DNA from: Candidatus Dormiibacterota bacterium
GTDB taxonomy: Bacteria > Chloroflexota > Dormibacteria > Aeolococcales > Aeolococcaceae
Direction: 5' to 3'
Length of the DNA: 64,000 nucleotides
Assembly: GCA_963709585.1 (NCBI GenBank)
Contig: CAVPXI010000005.1
Coordinates: 32,001-96,000 of the forward strand
In this document: one piece after another, positions 22,915 to 31,365 of the stretch
How the letters are laid out: the number at the start of each line of letters is the position of its first letter
How positions within the stretch are numbered: the stretch's first letter is position 1
Made by a program: the position numbers and the translations under genes
The notes under the pieces: model-generated
Database searches by the model: none
Told to the model about the DNA's origin: nothing
Seen by the model: only the letters and a program-made list of their open reading frames with translations

Positions 22915-24063
22915 CTATCCAGGAACTCTGAAGCTGCGCACCGCCTCGATAACCGTGGTGACATCGCCGTCTTCCATGTTGGTGTAGAACGGAAGGCGGA
23001 GCAGTCGCTCGCTCACGCTCTCGGTCACCGGGCAGTCGGCCACGGGCTGGAGGCGCCGCCCGTACGGGGACAGATGCAGCGGCTGATAGTGGAAGACCGC
23101 GAGGATCCCGGCGGCCCTGAGGTGGCTGAGCAACGCGTCCCGCGAGTGGGCGGACGGCATCAGCATGTGGAAAAGGTGGTACGGCGTCTCGCAATCCGAC
23201 GGTATCGACGGCATCTGGACATCGTTGGCATCTGACCAGTCGGCAAGCTCGTCGTCGTAGCGGTGCCAAATGGCGCTCCGGTGCTCCAACACCCAGTCGC
23301 GGTCCTCGAGTTGGGCGAGCAGCATCGCGGCAAGCAGATCCGAGGGTAGGTAGCTCGAACCCACATCGACCCATGTGTACTTGTCGACCAGACCGAGGAA
23401 GAACTGGCGCCGATTCGTTCCCTTCTCGCGGATGATCTCCGCTCGCCCGATGTACGCGGAATCGTTGATCACGATCGCTCCCCCCTCGCCGCAGGAAAAG
23501 TTCTTGGTTTCGTGAAAACTTTGGGCGGCCATGACGCCGAACGTTCCCAGCAGTCGCCCGCGATAGCGACCGAACAAGCCGTGCGCGTTGTCCTCCACGA
23601 TGGGGACGCCGTGCCGCGCTGCAATCTCGAGGATCGGGTCCATCTCGCACGCAACTCCGGCGTAGTGCACCGGCACGATCGCACGGGTCCTCTCGGTGAT
23701 CAGAGCCTCGAGCCTGCTCTCATCGAGGTTGAGGGTGTCGGAGCGGATGTCGATGAACACCGGGGTCGCTCCACGGAGCACGAAGGCATTCACAGTCGAG
23801 GAGAACGTGAATGAGGGGACGATGACCTCGTCACCCGGTCCGATGTTCAGCAGGAGGGCCATCAACTCGAGTGCGTGCGTGCCGGATGTCGTCAGCCGGA
23901 CAGTCGAGCCACCGAACAGGTCACCGAGGAGATCCTGGCATCTCTGCGTAAATGGGCCATCACCGGAGAGGTGCCCGCTGTGAAGCGCCGCGGCGACGTA
24001 CTCGTCGACCAACCGGGTTTGGGTCGGGCGGTTGAACGGGATCCGCAGCGAAGGAGCGCTCAC
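22915..24063 (-). CDS. rffA: dTDP-4-amino-4,6-dideoxygalactose transaminase (RffA/WecE; DegT family)
   Basis: SGDGPFT, TTSGTHALE, VHYAGVACEM, SFHETKNFSCGEGG, REKGTNR, VDKYTWVDVGSSY, AVFHYQPLH. Confidence 0.9.
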   Translation of the reverse strand: MSAPSLRIPFNRPTQTRLVDEYVAAALHSGHLSGDGPFTQRCQDLLGDLFGGSTVRLTTSGTHALELMALLLNIGPGDEVIVPSFTFSSTVNAFVLRGATPVFIDIRSDTLNLDESRLEALITERTRAIVPVHYAGVACEMDPILEIAARHGVPIVEDNAHGLFGRYRGRLLGTFGVMAAQSFHETKNFSCGEGGAIVINDSAYIGRAEIIREKGTNRRQFFLGLVDKYTWVDVGSSYLPSDLLAAMLLAQLEDRDWVLEHRSAIWHRYDDELADWSDANDVQMPSIPSDCETPYHLFHMLMPSAHSRDALLSHLRAAGILAVFHYQPLHLSPYGRRLQPVADCPVTESVSERLLRLPFYTNMEDGDVTTVIEAVRSFRVPG

Positions 24064-24069
24064 CCCGCT

Positions 24070-24345
24070 ATCCTGCCGTCACGACGACCGCATCAGCGTC
24101 GCTGAACACGACGTGGCCAAGTCCGATAACGGCCGGATCGTGGCCGCTGTGAATGCGATCGATGAAGTGACCGTCGGGATCCCATTGCGGATGGGATCGT
24201 AAGGCTCGATGAACACCTGACGCTCCGAGAAAGCTGAGTAGTAACAATACCGGCCATCTGTCCTCAGCGGGGCGATCCCGTGGTTGTTGACTGCGACCAC
24301 GGCTTCGACGGACGAGTGCTCGCCAAGCCAAGCGAGCGCGGCGGA
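24070..24345 (-). pseudogene. Remnant of the C-terminal soluble domain of a GT-C-like membrane protein
   Basis: Reads AALAWLGEHSSVEAVVAVNN...YCYYSAFSERQVFIE; no N-terminal membrane domain; frame decays. Confidence 0.45.
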
Positions 24346-24362
24346 GCACTGGGGGTCAGGAT

Positions 24363-24956
24363 CTAATGCGGCTGCCCTAAGGTCGCTGCTCCCGTCGGCG
24401 CATCATTACTGTTCAGCGGTGACTTACGGCGCTTCTTCCGCGGCCGATTACGCCATTGCTCCCAGGCCACAGCCTTCCGGATGCACCATCCGCTGCTTGC
24501 CAGAAAGCCGTATTCCAACCCATATAACCCAATGAAGAAGATGGGGTTGACCGGTCTCCCCCCGTCGACCACAACATGGAAGAAGAGTGCGCAGGACGCA
24601 CTGAACGCTGCGAATAAGAAGAAGCCGACCACCCACAGGCGCATGGGCGCTGCCGATGCCGCGGATCCGACCTCTCGGGGAACGAGACGCTTTCGCATCG
24701 GCACAAGAGTCAGCGCACTCGGGTAGGTGGCGACGATCGCGGCGGTCACGAGCGAGCTGGTGGTGAAGCCGTCGCCGTTGCTGAAGCCGAAGGCGACGGT
24801 GAGTCCAACCCAGAGTGGAAGTGCACTCCCGAGGAGGACAGCACCCGGCCAGTAGCGCACACCCGCGTCCCATCGCGGGGTCGAGAACTTGCCCGGCAGG
24901 GGGTATGAATCCCAGCGGGGTGGCCCTTGGCCCTCGACCTTCCCACCCTCCTTCAT
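24363..24956 (-). CDS. Hypothetical 4-TM membrane protein
   Basis: 197-aa ORF, four hydrophobic stretches, basic tail; more AT-rich than the core genes. Confidence 0.6.
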   Translation of the reverse strand: MKEGGKVEGQGPPRWDSYPLPGKFSTPRWDAGVRYWPGAVLLGSALPLWVGLTVAFGFSNGDGFTTSSLVTAAIVATYPSALTLVPMRKRLVPREVGSAASAAPMRLWVVGFFLFAAFSASCALFFHVVVDGGRPVNPIFFIGLYGLEYGFLASSGWCIRKAVAWEQWRNRPRKKRRKSPLNSNDAPTGAATLGQPH

Positions 24957-25016
24957 AACATCCCGAACGATAGCTCACCAAAAAGGGTAAAGAGGATGAC
25001 CTGGTGCGAAGCTGGA

Positions 25017-25454
25017 TCAGGAGATCGGCGGCGGTAGCGCTGGCGGTGCGGCCGGGGGCACGCCTCCCGCCCATATGTAGCGGTCCCAGAGCCCGTTGAG
25101 GTGGCTTTGGTAATACAGCGGGTAGAGGGTGAAGATGAAGGCGAGCAACAAGCCAAGGCCGCCCGACGCCCGACTTGGACTGCCACCAACCTCCTCCATT
25201 CTCGCGATGCGCTTGCCTGTCCTGTAGATAGTCACCAACGGCGGAATAACGAGGATGGCCCCAGGAATGAAGGCCAGCACTGACAGCGCGGGCTTTATGG
25301 AGTCGTCCCGGAGAAAACGACGCGCCTCATCATTGACCTTGTAGATCCAAACGTACGAGTAAATGCCGAGCGTAATGAAGGGCAAGCCGAGCCACACCGC
25401 GACGATGTTGCGTTTCTTGTAGGTCTGATTTCCGATCACGACCGTCTGCGACAT
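25017..25454 (-). CDS. DUF4234-like membrane protein
   Basis: KRNIVAVWL..ITLGIY..WIYKVNDE...YYQSHLN pattern; ATG 25454 with AGGGGA RBS. Confidence 0.75.
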   Translation of the reverse strand: MSQTVVIGNQTYKKRNIVAVWLGLPFITLGIYSYVWIYKVNDEARRFLRDDSIKPALSVLAFIPGAILVIPPLVTIYRTGKRIARMEEVGGSPSRASGGLGLLLAFIFTLYPLYYQSHLNGLWDRYIWAGGVPPAAPPALPPPIS

Positions 25455-25540
25455 TGGGGTCCCCTTTACGAGCCCGCTGGCAAGGCGCCGAGCGTGCTGG
25501 CCGGAGTCTAGTGGGATCGCCGGCGCCACGGGGGAAGTTG

Positions 25541-25735
25541 TCAGCTGGGAGGCGGTGGACCCTTCGTGATTGGGAACGATATCGGACCGATGCGCGAGAG
25601 CACATAGAATCCGATCGCGAAGAGCGCGAGTGCCAATGCCGTCCGGGAGAGCACCCCATTCGTGGTCAACTCGACCACTCCCGCGACCAGGAACAGCGTG
25701 AAGCTGACTACGATGCAGAAGTCCTTGAATGTCAT
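25541..25735 (-). CDS. Small 2-TM hypothetical protein
   Basis: 64 aa, GGAG RBS, two hydrophobic helices. Confidence 0.5.
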   Translation of the reverse strand: MTFKDFCIVVSFTLFLVAGVVELTTNGVLSRTALALALFAIGFYVLSRIGPISFPITKGPPPPS

Positions 25736-25963
25736 GGCTCCGTCTCCCTATTCGTGAACATGACCACAGCTTAGGGCTCCAGGGATAGCTCGGAGTCCGC
25801 TGACCAGGACGCCGCGCAGGCCGCGGCGCAGAAGGCGGCCAAGAAGGCCAAGGCTTCGGGGCGGGCCCGGGTGATCATCGCCGACACCGGGATGTGATGC
25901 CGTAACCGGGCCACACCTGCGTAGAGCCCGCTGGCATACAGTGCCCGTCACGGAGGACGAGGC

Positions 25964-26446
25964 ATGATCGGTGCACGGTTGCGGCGCCTGGCGTGGTCGG
26001 TTGTGGTCGTGGCGCTGGTGGGCTGCGGCGGCACCGTCACGAGCGGCGGAACCCCGGCAACCAGCGCGAACTACGTCCAGCAGTACGCAAATGCCGGGGC
26101 CGCGCTGGACACGGCGACGACCACATGGGACACGCTCGGCCAGTCGCTGGTCGTGGCCGGCACGAACACCGTTGCCAACGAGGCGCCGATCGACGCCGCC
26201 TACGCCCAGGCGCTGCAGGCGTTCAGCACCACGCTGCTCGGCATCCAGTTCCCAGCCTCCACCCAGAACGATGTCCGCGCGGTGGTCAACGCGGCGGCGA
26301 TCGTGCGCCGCGACCTCGCCGGCGTCGCGAGCGGCGCGGTCGCAACCGCTCAATTCGTGAGCGATGAGTCCAACCTCCAGGCGGCGATCAACCTCGTGCA
26401 GCGGGATCTCGGTCTGGGTTCGAGCACCCCGATTGCCGGTGGGTGA
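25964..26446 (+). CDS. Putative lipoprotein
   Basis: Signal peptide with LVGC lipobox; helical Ala-rich body; GAGG RBS. Confidence 0.7.
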   Translation: MIGARLRRLAWSVVVVALVGCGGTVTSGGTPATSANYVQQYANAGAALDTATTTWDTLGQSLVVAGTNTVANEAPIDAAYAQALQAFSTTLLGIQFPASTQNDVRAVVNAAAIVRRDLAGVASGAVATAQFVSDESNLQAAINLVQRDLGLGSSTPIAGG

Positions 26447-26482
26447 GATGCCGGCGGAACGAAGCCTCGCCTGACGGCTCGA

Positions 26483-27244
26483 CTAGAAGAGGAGGTGGAG
26501 CGCAAACGCAACGCCGAAGACGACGACGACGGTGCGCAGCACCACCGGACTCAGACGGCGTGCCACGGTCACGCCGATGAAGCCGCCTGCCGCGCTCATC
26601 GGGAACATGACCAGGACGGCGATCCACGACACCGGCCCGAAGAAGGCGAAATAGACGGCCGCGACCACGTTGATGATCAGCGACATCATGCCCTTGAGCG
26701 CGTTGATCCGCTGCAGATCGTCGCGGATGAACAGTCCGAGCACCGCGAGCATCATCACGCCCAGACCGGCGCCGAAAAAGGCGCCGTAGACACCGCCGAG
26801 AAACTGCGCCGCCGCGAGCACGGGCGAACGGTGCTGTTCGTGTTCCGGGCGACGTGCGCTGACCCGCGACGTGACCACGGGCTGAAGCAGGAGCAACCCG
26901 CATGCGCCGAGGATCAGCCACGGGACGACAGCCGCGAACACGCTCTTGGAAGTGCGCGTCAGCAGGATCGCGCCGACGATCGCGCCGGCGACGCTGATCG
27001 GCCCGAGAAAACGCACCCGCTCGCGTTGAACCTTGAGCTCCGCCCGGTAGGCGACGCTGCCGCCCGCGTAACCCGGAAGCAGGCCGAGCGTGCTCGTGAC
27101 ATTTGCGGTCAGCGCCGGGAAACCGAGCAGGAGCAAGGCCGGAAACGACAGGAGGGTTCCTCCTCCGGCGACTGCGTTCACCGCGCCGGCAACCAGCGCC
27201 GCGGCCGCGACCAGGAGCAGCCGTGCGGCGTCGAGATGGATCAA
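26483..27244 (-). CDS. TauE/SafE family sulfite exporter
   Basis: AGAVNAVAGGG, GVYGAFFGAGLG, NALK motifs. Confidence 0.88.
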   Translation of the reverse strand: MIHLDAARLLLVAAAALVAGAVNAVAGGGTLLSFPALLLLGFPALTANVTSTLGLLPGYAGGSVAYRAELKVQRERVRFLGPISVAGAIVGAILLTRTSKSVFAAVVPWLILGACGLLLLQPVVTSRVSARRPEHEQHRSPVLAAAQFLGGVYGAFFGAGLGVMMLAVLGLFIRDDLQRINALKGMMSLIINVVAAVYFAFFGPVSWIAVLVMFPMSAAGGFIGVTVARRLSPVVLRTVVVVFGVAFALHLLF

Positions 27245-27918
27245 GGGTTGCCGGGCGCGATCCTCGCGCGTGCGGCGGCCTCTCGCAGCCCAAGAATGTC
27301 GGCACTCAGCTCGCCGGCGGCGAGGCGCGCTCGGATCTCGCTCTCGTGCGCGACGCGGTCCAGTACCCCGCGAGCCATCTCGACGGCCGACGCGGCGGCG
27401 ACGCAGACGACCCCGTCGTCATCGGCGACAATGACATCACCGGGCTCGACCTCCTGCCCCGCGCATACCACGGCGCGATTCACCGCTCCCGCACCATGTT
27501 TGGTCGTGCCTTGCGCCGTGATCCACCGTGACCAGACGGGGAAACCCATCGCGCGCAACTCGGCCACGTCGCGCACCCCCGCATCGATGACGGCGCCGAT
27601 CACTCCGTGGGCCCGTAGCGACGTCGCAAGCAGCTCCCCGATGACCCCGGCGTTCCTCGGCGGCCCGGTCGCAACGACCAGCACATCGCCCGGACGGCAG
27701 TGCTCGACCGCCATGTGGATCATCAGGTTGTCCGCCGGTGGGCAGAGGACGGTCACCGCCGGACCCGCGATACGGATGCCCTGCTGGATCGGGCGAATCG
27801 CCGGGTCGAGCAAACCTGCTCTGCCGAAGGCCTCATGTGCGGCGGCGACGCCGTGGGCGGCGAGGGTGGCGACGGCCGCGGACCAGTCCGCCTCCAGCGA
27901 CCGATCACCGCCCGACAT
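27241..27918 (-). CDS. RraA-like HMG/CHA aldolase (LigK-like)
   Basis: AGPAVTV, DNLMIH, GELLA, DAGVRD, PGDVIVADDDGV. Confidence 0.87.
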   Translation of the reverse strand: MSGGDRSLEADWSAAVATLAAHGVAAAHEAFGRAGLLDPAIRPIQQGIRIAGPAVTVLCPPADNLMIHMAVEHCRPGDVLVVATGPPRNAGVIGELLATSLRAHGVIGAVIDAGVRDVAELRAMGFPVWSRWITAQGTTKHGAGAVNRAVVCAGQEVEPGDVIVADDDGVVCVAAASAVEMARGVLDRVAHESEIRARLAAGELSADILGLREAAARARIAPGNP

Positions 27919-28823
27919 CAGGCCGGTGACGCGACCACGATGTTGCGAAGCTTCCCGATGCCCTCGATCTCCGACTCCATAACGTCGCCAGGCTGCAGGT
28001 ATTCCGGTGGGGTTCGCGCAAAGCCAACTCCCTCGGGGGTGCCGGTCGCGATCAGCATCCCCGGGAGCAGGGTCATGCCGACCGACAGCCACTCGATGAT
28101 CGCGTCCACGGGGTAGATCATGTCGCGGCTGTTGGCATCCTGCTTCACCGAGCCGTTGATGCGCAGCTCAAGGTGCAACGACTGCACGTCGGCGATCTCG
28201 TCGCGCGTCAGCACCCACGGGCCCACGGGGCAGGATCCGTCAAGGCTCTTCCCCTTGAACCACTGACCGCCCCAGCCGTTCTGGATGTCGCGTGCGGTGA
28301 CATCGTTGAGCACGGTGTAGCCGAAGACATGGTTGAGCGCGTCCTGGCGCTTGATGTTGGCGCCGCGACGTCCGATCACGACGCCCAGCTCGACCTCCCA
28401 GTCGATCTTGGTGCTCACCGACGGGTCGATGCGGATGTCGGCGTACGGGGCAGCGATGGTGGTGATCGCCTTCGTGAAGATGGTCGGCGGCCCGACCTCG
28501 GCGTTCGAGGCGCGTGCGGTCTCCTCGGCATGCTTCTGGTAGTTGCGACCGATCGCGAGCACGTTCCCTCGCGGCGGGTCGAACGGCGGAAGCAGGGTCA
28601 GGTCCGCAAGCTTGCGAATCGCGCTCGCCGGCGCTGACGACGCCAGGACGCGCAGGCGATCGACGCCCTCCTCGCCGGCGTCGATCACACCGAGAACGGT
28701 TGCGGGCAGCGGGGCCGAGCCAGCGCCGTTGGCGGCGGCGACGTCGACAATCTCATCGGGTGCGCCGTCGCGTCCGACACCCAGGCGCGGCGTACCACCA
28801 TCGCCAAACATGAGCAGTTTCAT
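27918..28823 (-). CDS. Fumarylacetoacetate hydrolase family protein
   Basis: IGRNYQKH, FTKA, DWEVELG, NDVTARD, GKSLDG, TGTPEGVG. Confidence 0.92.
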   Translation of the reverse strand: MKLLMFGDGGTPRLGVGRDGAPDEIVDVAAANGAGSAPLPATVLGVIDAGEEGVDRLRVLASSAPASAIRKLADLTLLPPFDPPRGNVLAIGRNYQKHAEETARASNAEVGPPTIFTKAITTIAAPYADIRIDPSVSTKIDWEVELGVVIGRRGANIKRQDALNHVFGYTVLNDVTARDIQNGWGGQWFKGKSLDGSCPVGPWVLTRDEIADVQSLHLELRINGSVKQDANSRDMIYPVDAIIEWLSVGMTLLPGMLIATGTPEGVGFARTPPEYLQPGDVMESEIEGIGKLRNIVVASPA

Positions 28824-29365
28824 ACCGTGTTCGCCTCCGAGCCGGACGCTGAGCTGAACTCGTCGCCGCTCCCAAAAACAGTTCCTCGAAATCCTGGCGA
28901 TCGAGGAGTTCGCCGGGTTGACCTTCCATGCGAATGGATCCGGACACCAGAACCGAGGTGTACGCCGCGATCTCGAGCGCGGCCCGGGCGCGCTGCTCGA
29001 CGAGCAGCACCGCCTTGCCCAGCGCCCCAAGTCCGCTGACCTGCTCGCGCAGCAATTTGTCGGCGAGTTGCGGCGCGAGGTTGGCCGTCGGCTCGTCGAG
29101 AATGAGCACCCTGGGATCGAGCATGAGCACGCGCGCGATCGCGAGCATCTTGCGTTCGCCGCCGCTCAACTTGTCGGCGCGACGTTTGAGCATCGGCTCG
29201 AGCGCGGGGAAGACTCCGACCACCTCCGGCACGCGCGCGCGGATGGTTGCGGCAGGCAGCACGTACCCGCCCATCTCCAGATTCTCGAGCACCGTCAAAG
29301 GCTCGAAGATGTCCTGCACCTGCGGCACGTATCCGACGCCGCGCCGCGCCAAGCCATCCGCGCCG
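28753..29365 (-). pseudogene. 5'-truncated LivF-type branched-chain ABC ATPase
   Basis: GVGYVPQ, LTVLENL, LSGGERKML, LDEPT, LVEQ present; Walker A and start codon missing. Confidence 0.8.
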
Positions 29366-29922
29366 CCCGCGCCGTGCTTGACCAGGAAGGCCTCATCGTC
29401 CGCGAGCCGCATCGGGGAGCCCGCGTCCGGCTGATCTCGGCGCGAGAAGCGCTCGAGATCGAGCAGGTGCGCAACGCGCTGGAGCGATTGCTCGCGCGGA
29501 GTGCCGCGGGACGTGCGACCAGCGGTGACCTGGCCGATCTTCGCGACATCCTCGCGGCGATGGCCGAGCGCCTCCGCGAGGCCGACGCCTGGGGCTACAT
29601 GCAGCTCAACCCGCAGCTGCACCGGCGGATCTGGAAGATCTCCGGCAACGAGGTCGCCACCAAGATGCTCATCACCCTCAAGTCGCAGAGCATCCGGTTC
29701 CAGTACGGCACCATCCTCCGGCCCGGCCGTCCCGAGCAATCGCTTCGGGAGCACGAGGCGATCGTTGCCGCGATCGCGGCGCACGACCCCGATGCCTGCG
29801 ATGCCGCGATGGCGGTCCACCTCGGCCACGTCCTCGAGACGCTGCGGTGGGCGATCGAGTTGCAGGAACGCCAGCGGCCGTGGTCGGCGTTACGGGAGCC
29901 GGCGCTCGACGCTCAGCCCTGA
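29350..29922 (+). pseudogene. 5'-truncated GntR/FCD transcriptional regulator
   Basis: AIRAARAVLDQEGLIVREPHRGARV (end of wHTH) plus FCD motifs LH..I, EHEAIVAAI..HD, MAVHL; N-terminus missing. Confidence 0.8.
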
Positions 29923-30282
29923 GGTTTAAGGAAACGAGCTCGCTCGAGTTCCACGAGCCGAAGGCCGCGACGTGGTGGCGGGAGCTCGTTGAGCTGGCAG
30001 CCCGCGGGCCGCGTGTCCAGCGTCGCGGAGTCCGGCTCGAAGCGCCGCCGGATCGCGGAGCCTCGAACTGAGAACCCCTGGGCCACTGCGATCCGGTCAC
30101 GAATGGTGAGCAACATCGAGGCTCCTCAACACGCGATACGCGAGCATGATCCGAACGTCCGACGGAAGTCCAACGATAGCACCCGTTTCGAGTTGTTACC
30201 GGCGCGCGTCCGTGAGTGCGCCGGGCAGATCAAAGCTGCCGACTATCGACACGCGGTCGGGCGCCGTAGCAAAATACCGCGC

Positions 30283-30480
30283 GTGAAACCATCGAACACG
30301 GCGCTGCAGATTCGGTGCGTTCGCTGCGGCGGGACGAGGATGCTTCCGCTGACCGTCCACTTCCCGCGAGCGGAGTACGTGCAGATGCGGCGCTTCGCCC
30401 ACCCGGTGCGTGCGGAGCTGAAGTGCATCGCCTGTGGGCACCGCCACGTCGCTCATCCCCGCGTCCTCCTCCCCGGCTGA
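30283..30480 (+). CDS. Small Cys4 zinc-ribbon-like protein
   Basis: RCVRCGG...KCIACGHRH in a 65-aa ORF from GTG 30283. Confidence 0.5.
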   Translation: MKPSNTALQIRCVRCGGTRMLPLTVHFPRAEYVQMRRFAHPVRAELKCIACGHRHVAHPRVLLPG

Positions 30481-30528
30481 GCCGTAGCCTCGACCGCGCG
30501 GTCACCCGCCTCCGGTCAGAATGGGCGG

Positions 30529-31365
30529 GTGGCATCGGAGAAGTTCACCGTGCAGCGTGGCACCGCAACCCTTGCGGGTGAGCGCTGGCCGGGCGGCGGA
30601 CAGCCCGTGATCCTGCTCCACTCGGGTGTCACCGATCGCCGCTCCTGGTACGCGGTCGCGGACGCGCTCCAGCCCCAGAGCGATGCCGTTGCGTACGACA
30701 TGCGCGGCTATGGGGAGACGTCGGGGGTCACGTACGGCTTCTCGCACCTCGATGACCTCGAGGCCGTGCTCGACCAGGTGACCACCGGACCGGTCTGGCT
30801 GGTGGGGAGTTCGATGGGTGGCGAGTTAGCGATCGACGCCGCGCTGGCAATGCCTGAGCGCGTCGCCGGGATGGTGCTGCTCGCCCCGGCGGTGAGCGGC
30901 GCTCCCGAACCGAGCGTGTTCGACGCGCCCACTGATCGACTGGTCCGCATGTGGGAGGCCGCGCAGACGTCGGGCGATATCGACGAGATCAACCGGATCG
31001 AGATGTGGCTCTGGCTCGACGGGCCGAGCTCGCCCGAGGGGCGCGTGGCCGGACCGGCTCGAGCGCTCGCCCTCGCGATGAACGCGATCGCGCTGAAGAA
31101 CGAGATCCCCGAGGAGTCGGGAAAGAGCGGCATAACGGCGTGGTCGAGGCTGGAGGAGATCAATGCCCCGGTCACGGTCGGGTGCGGCGACCTCGACCTG
31201 CCGTTCATCATCGCGCGTTCGAAGGAGCTGGCCGACTGGCTTCCCAAGTCACGCTTTCACGTGTTCGAAGGTATGGCGCACCTCCCCTATCTCGAGCAGC
31301 CGGCGGTGGTCGCGGAGTTGATCAGCTCGGCGATCCGCACCCCATGGGTCACGACCCCGGCGTGA
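30529..31365 (+). CDS. Alpha/beta fold hydrolase
   Basis: LLHSG, YDMRGYGE, GSSMGG nucleophile elbow, AHLP. Confidence 0.9.
   Translation: MASEKFTVQRGTATLAGERWPGGGQPVILLHSGVTDRRSWYAVADALQPQSDAVAYDMRGYGETSGVTYGFSHLDDLEAVLDQVTTGPVWLVGSSMGGELAIDAALAMPERVAGMVLLAPAVSGAPEPSVFDAPTDRLVRMWEAAQTSGDIDEINRIEMWLWLDGPSSPEGRVAGPARALALAMNAIALKNEIPEESGKSGITAWSRLEEINAPVTVGCGDLDLPFIIARSKELADWLPKSRFHVFEGMAHLPYLEQPAVVAELISSAIRTPWVTTPA

Noticed and set aside
24389-24399. CTCCCGTCGGC as an attR copy of the tRNA-Thr 3' end
   Set aside because: Short, GC-rich and imperfect (one C missing), inside an ORF, and no integrase is present
26495-27982. Long antisense or alternative-frame ORFs (also 5300-6919, 14663-16351, 43347-45116, 45026-46900)
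   Set aside because: Shadow ORFs expected in high-GC DNA; they overlap well-supported genes and carry no motifs
28856-28861. GAACTC near the livF 3' end as a tenth insertion site
   Set aside because: Removing a base would fuse the livF remnant in frame to the FAH gene, which has its own GGAGG RBS; ambiguous, so not counted
29923-30282. Structured ncRNA in the gap after gntR
   Set aside because: Only short GC-rich palindromes; no convincing fold or known motif
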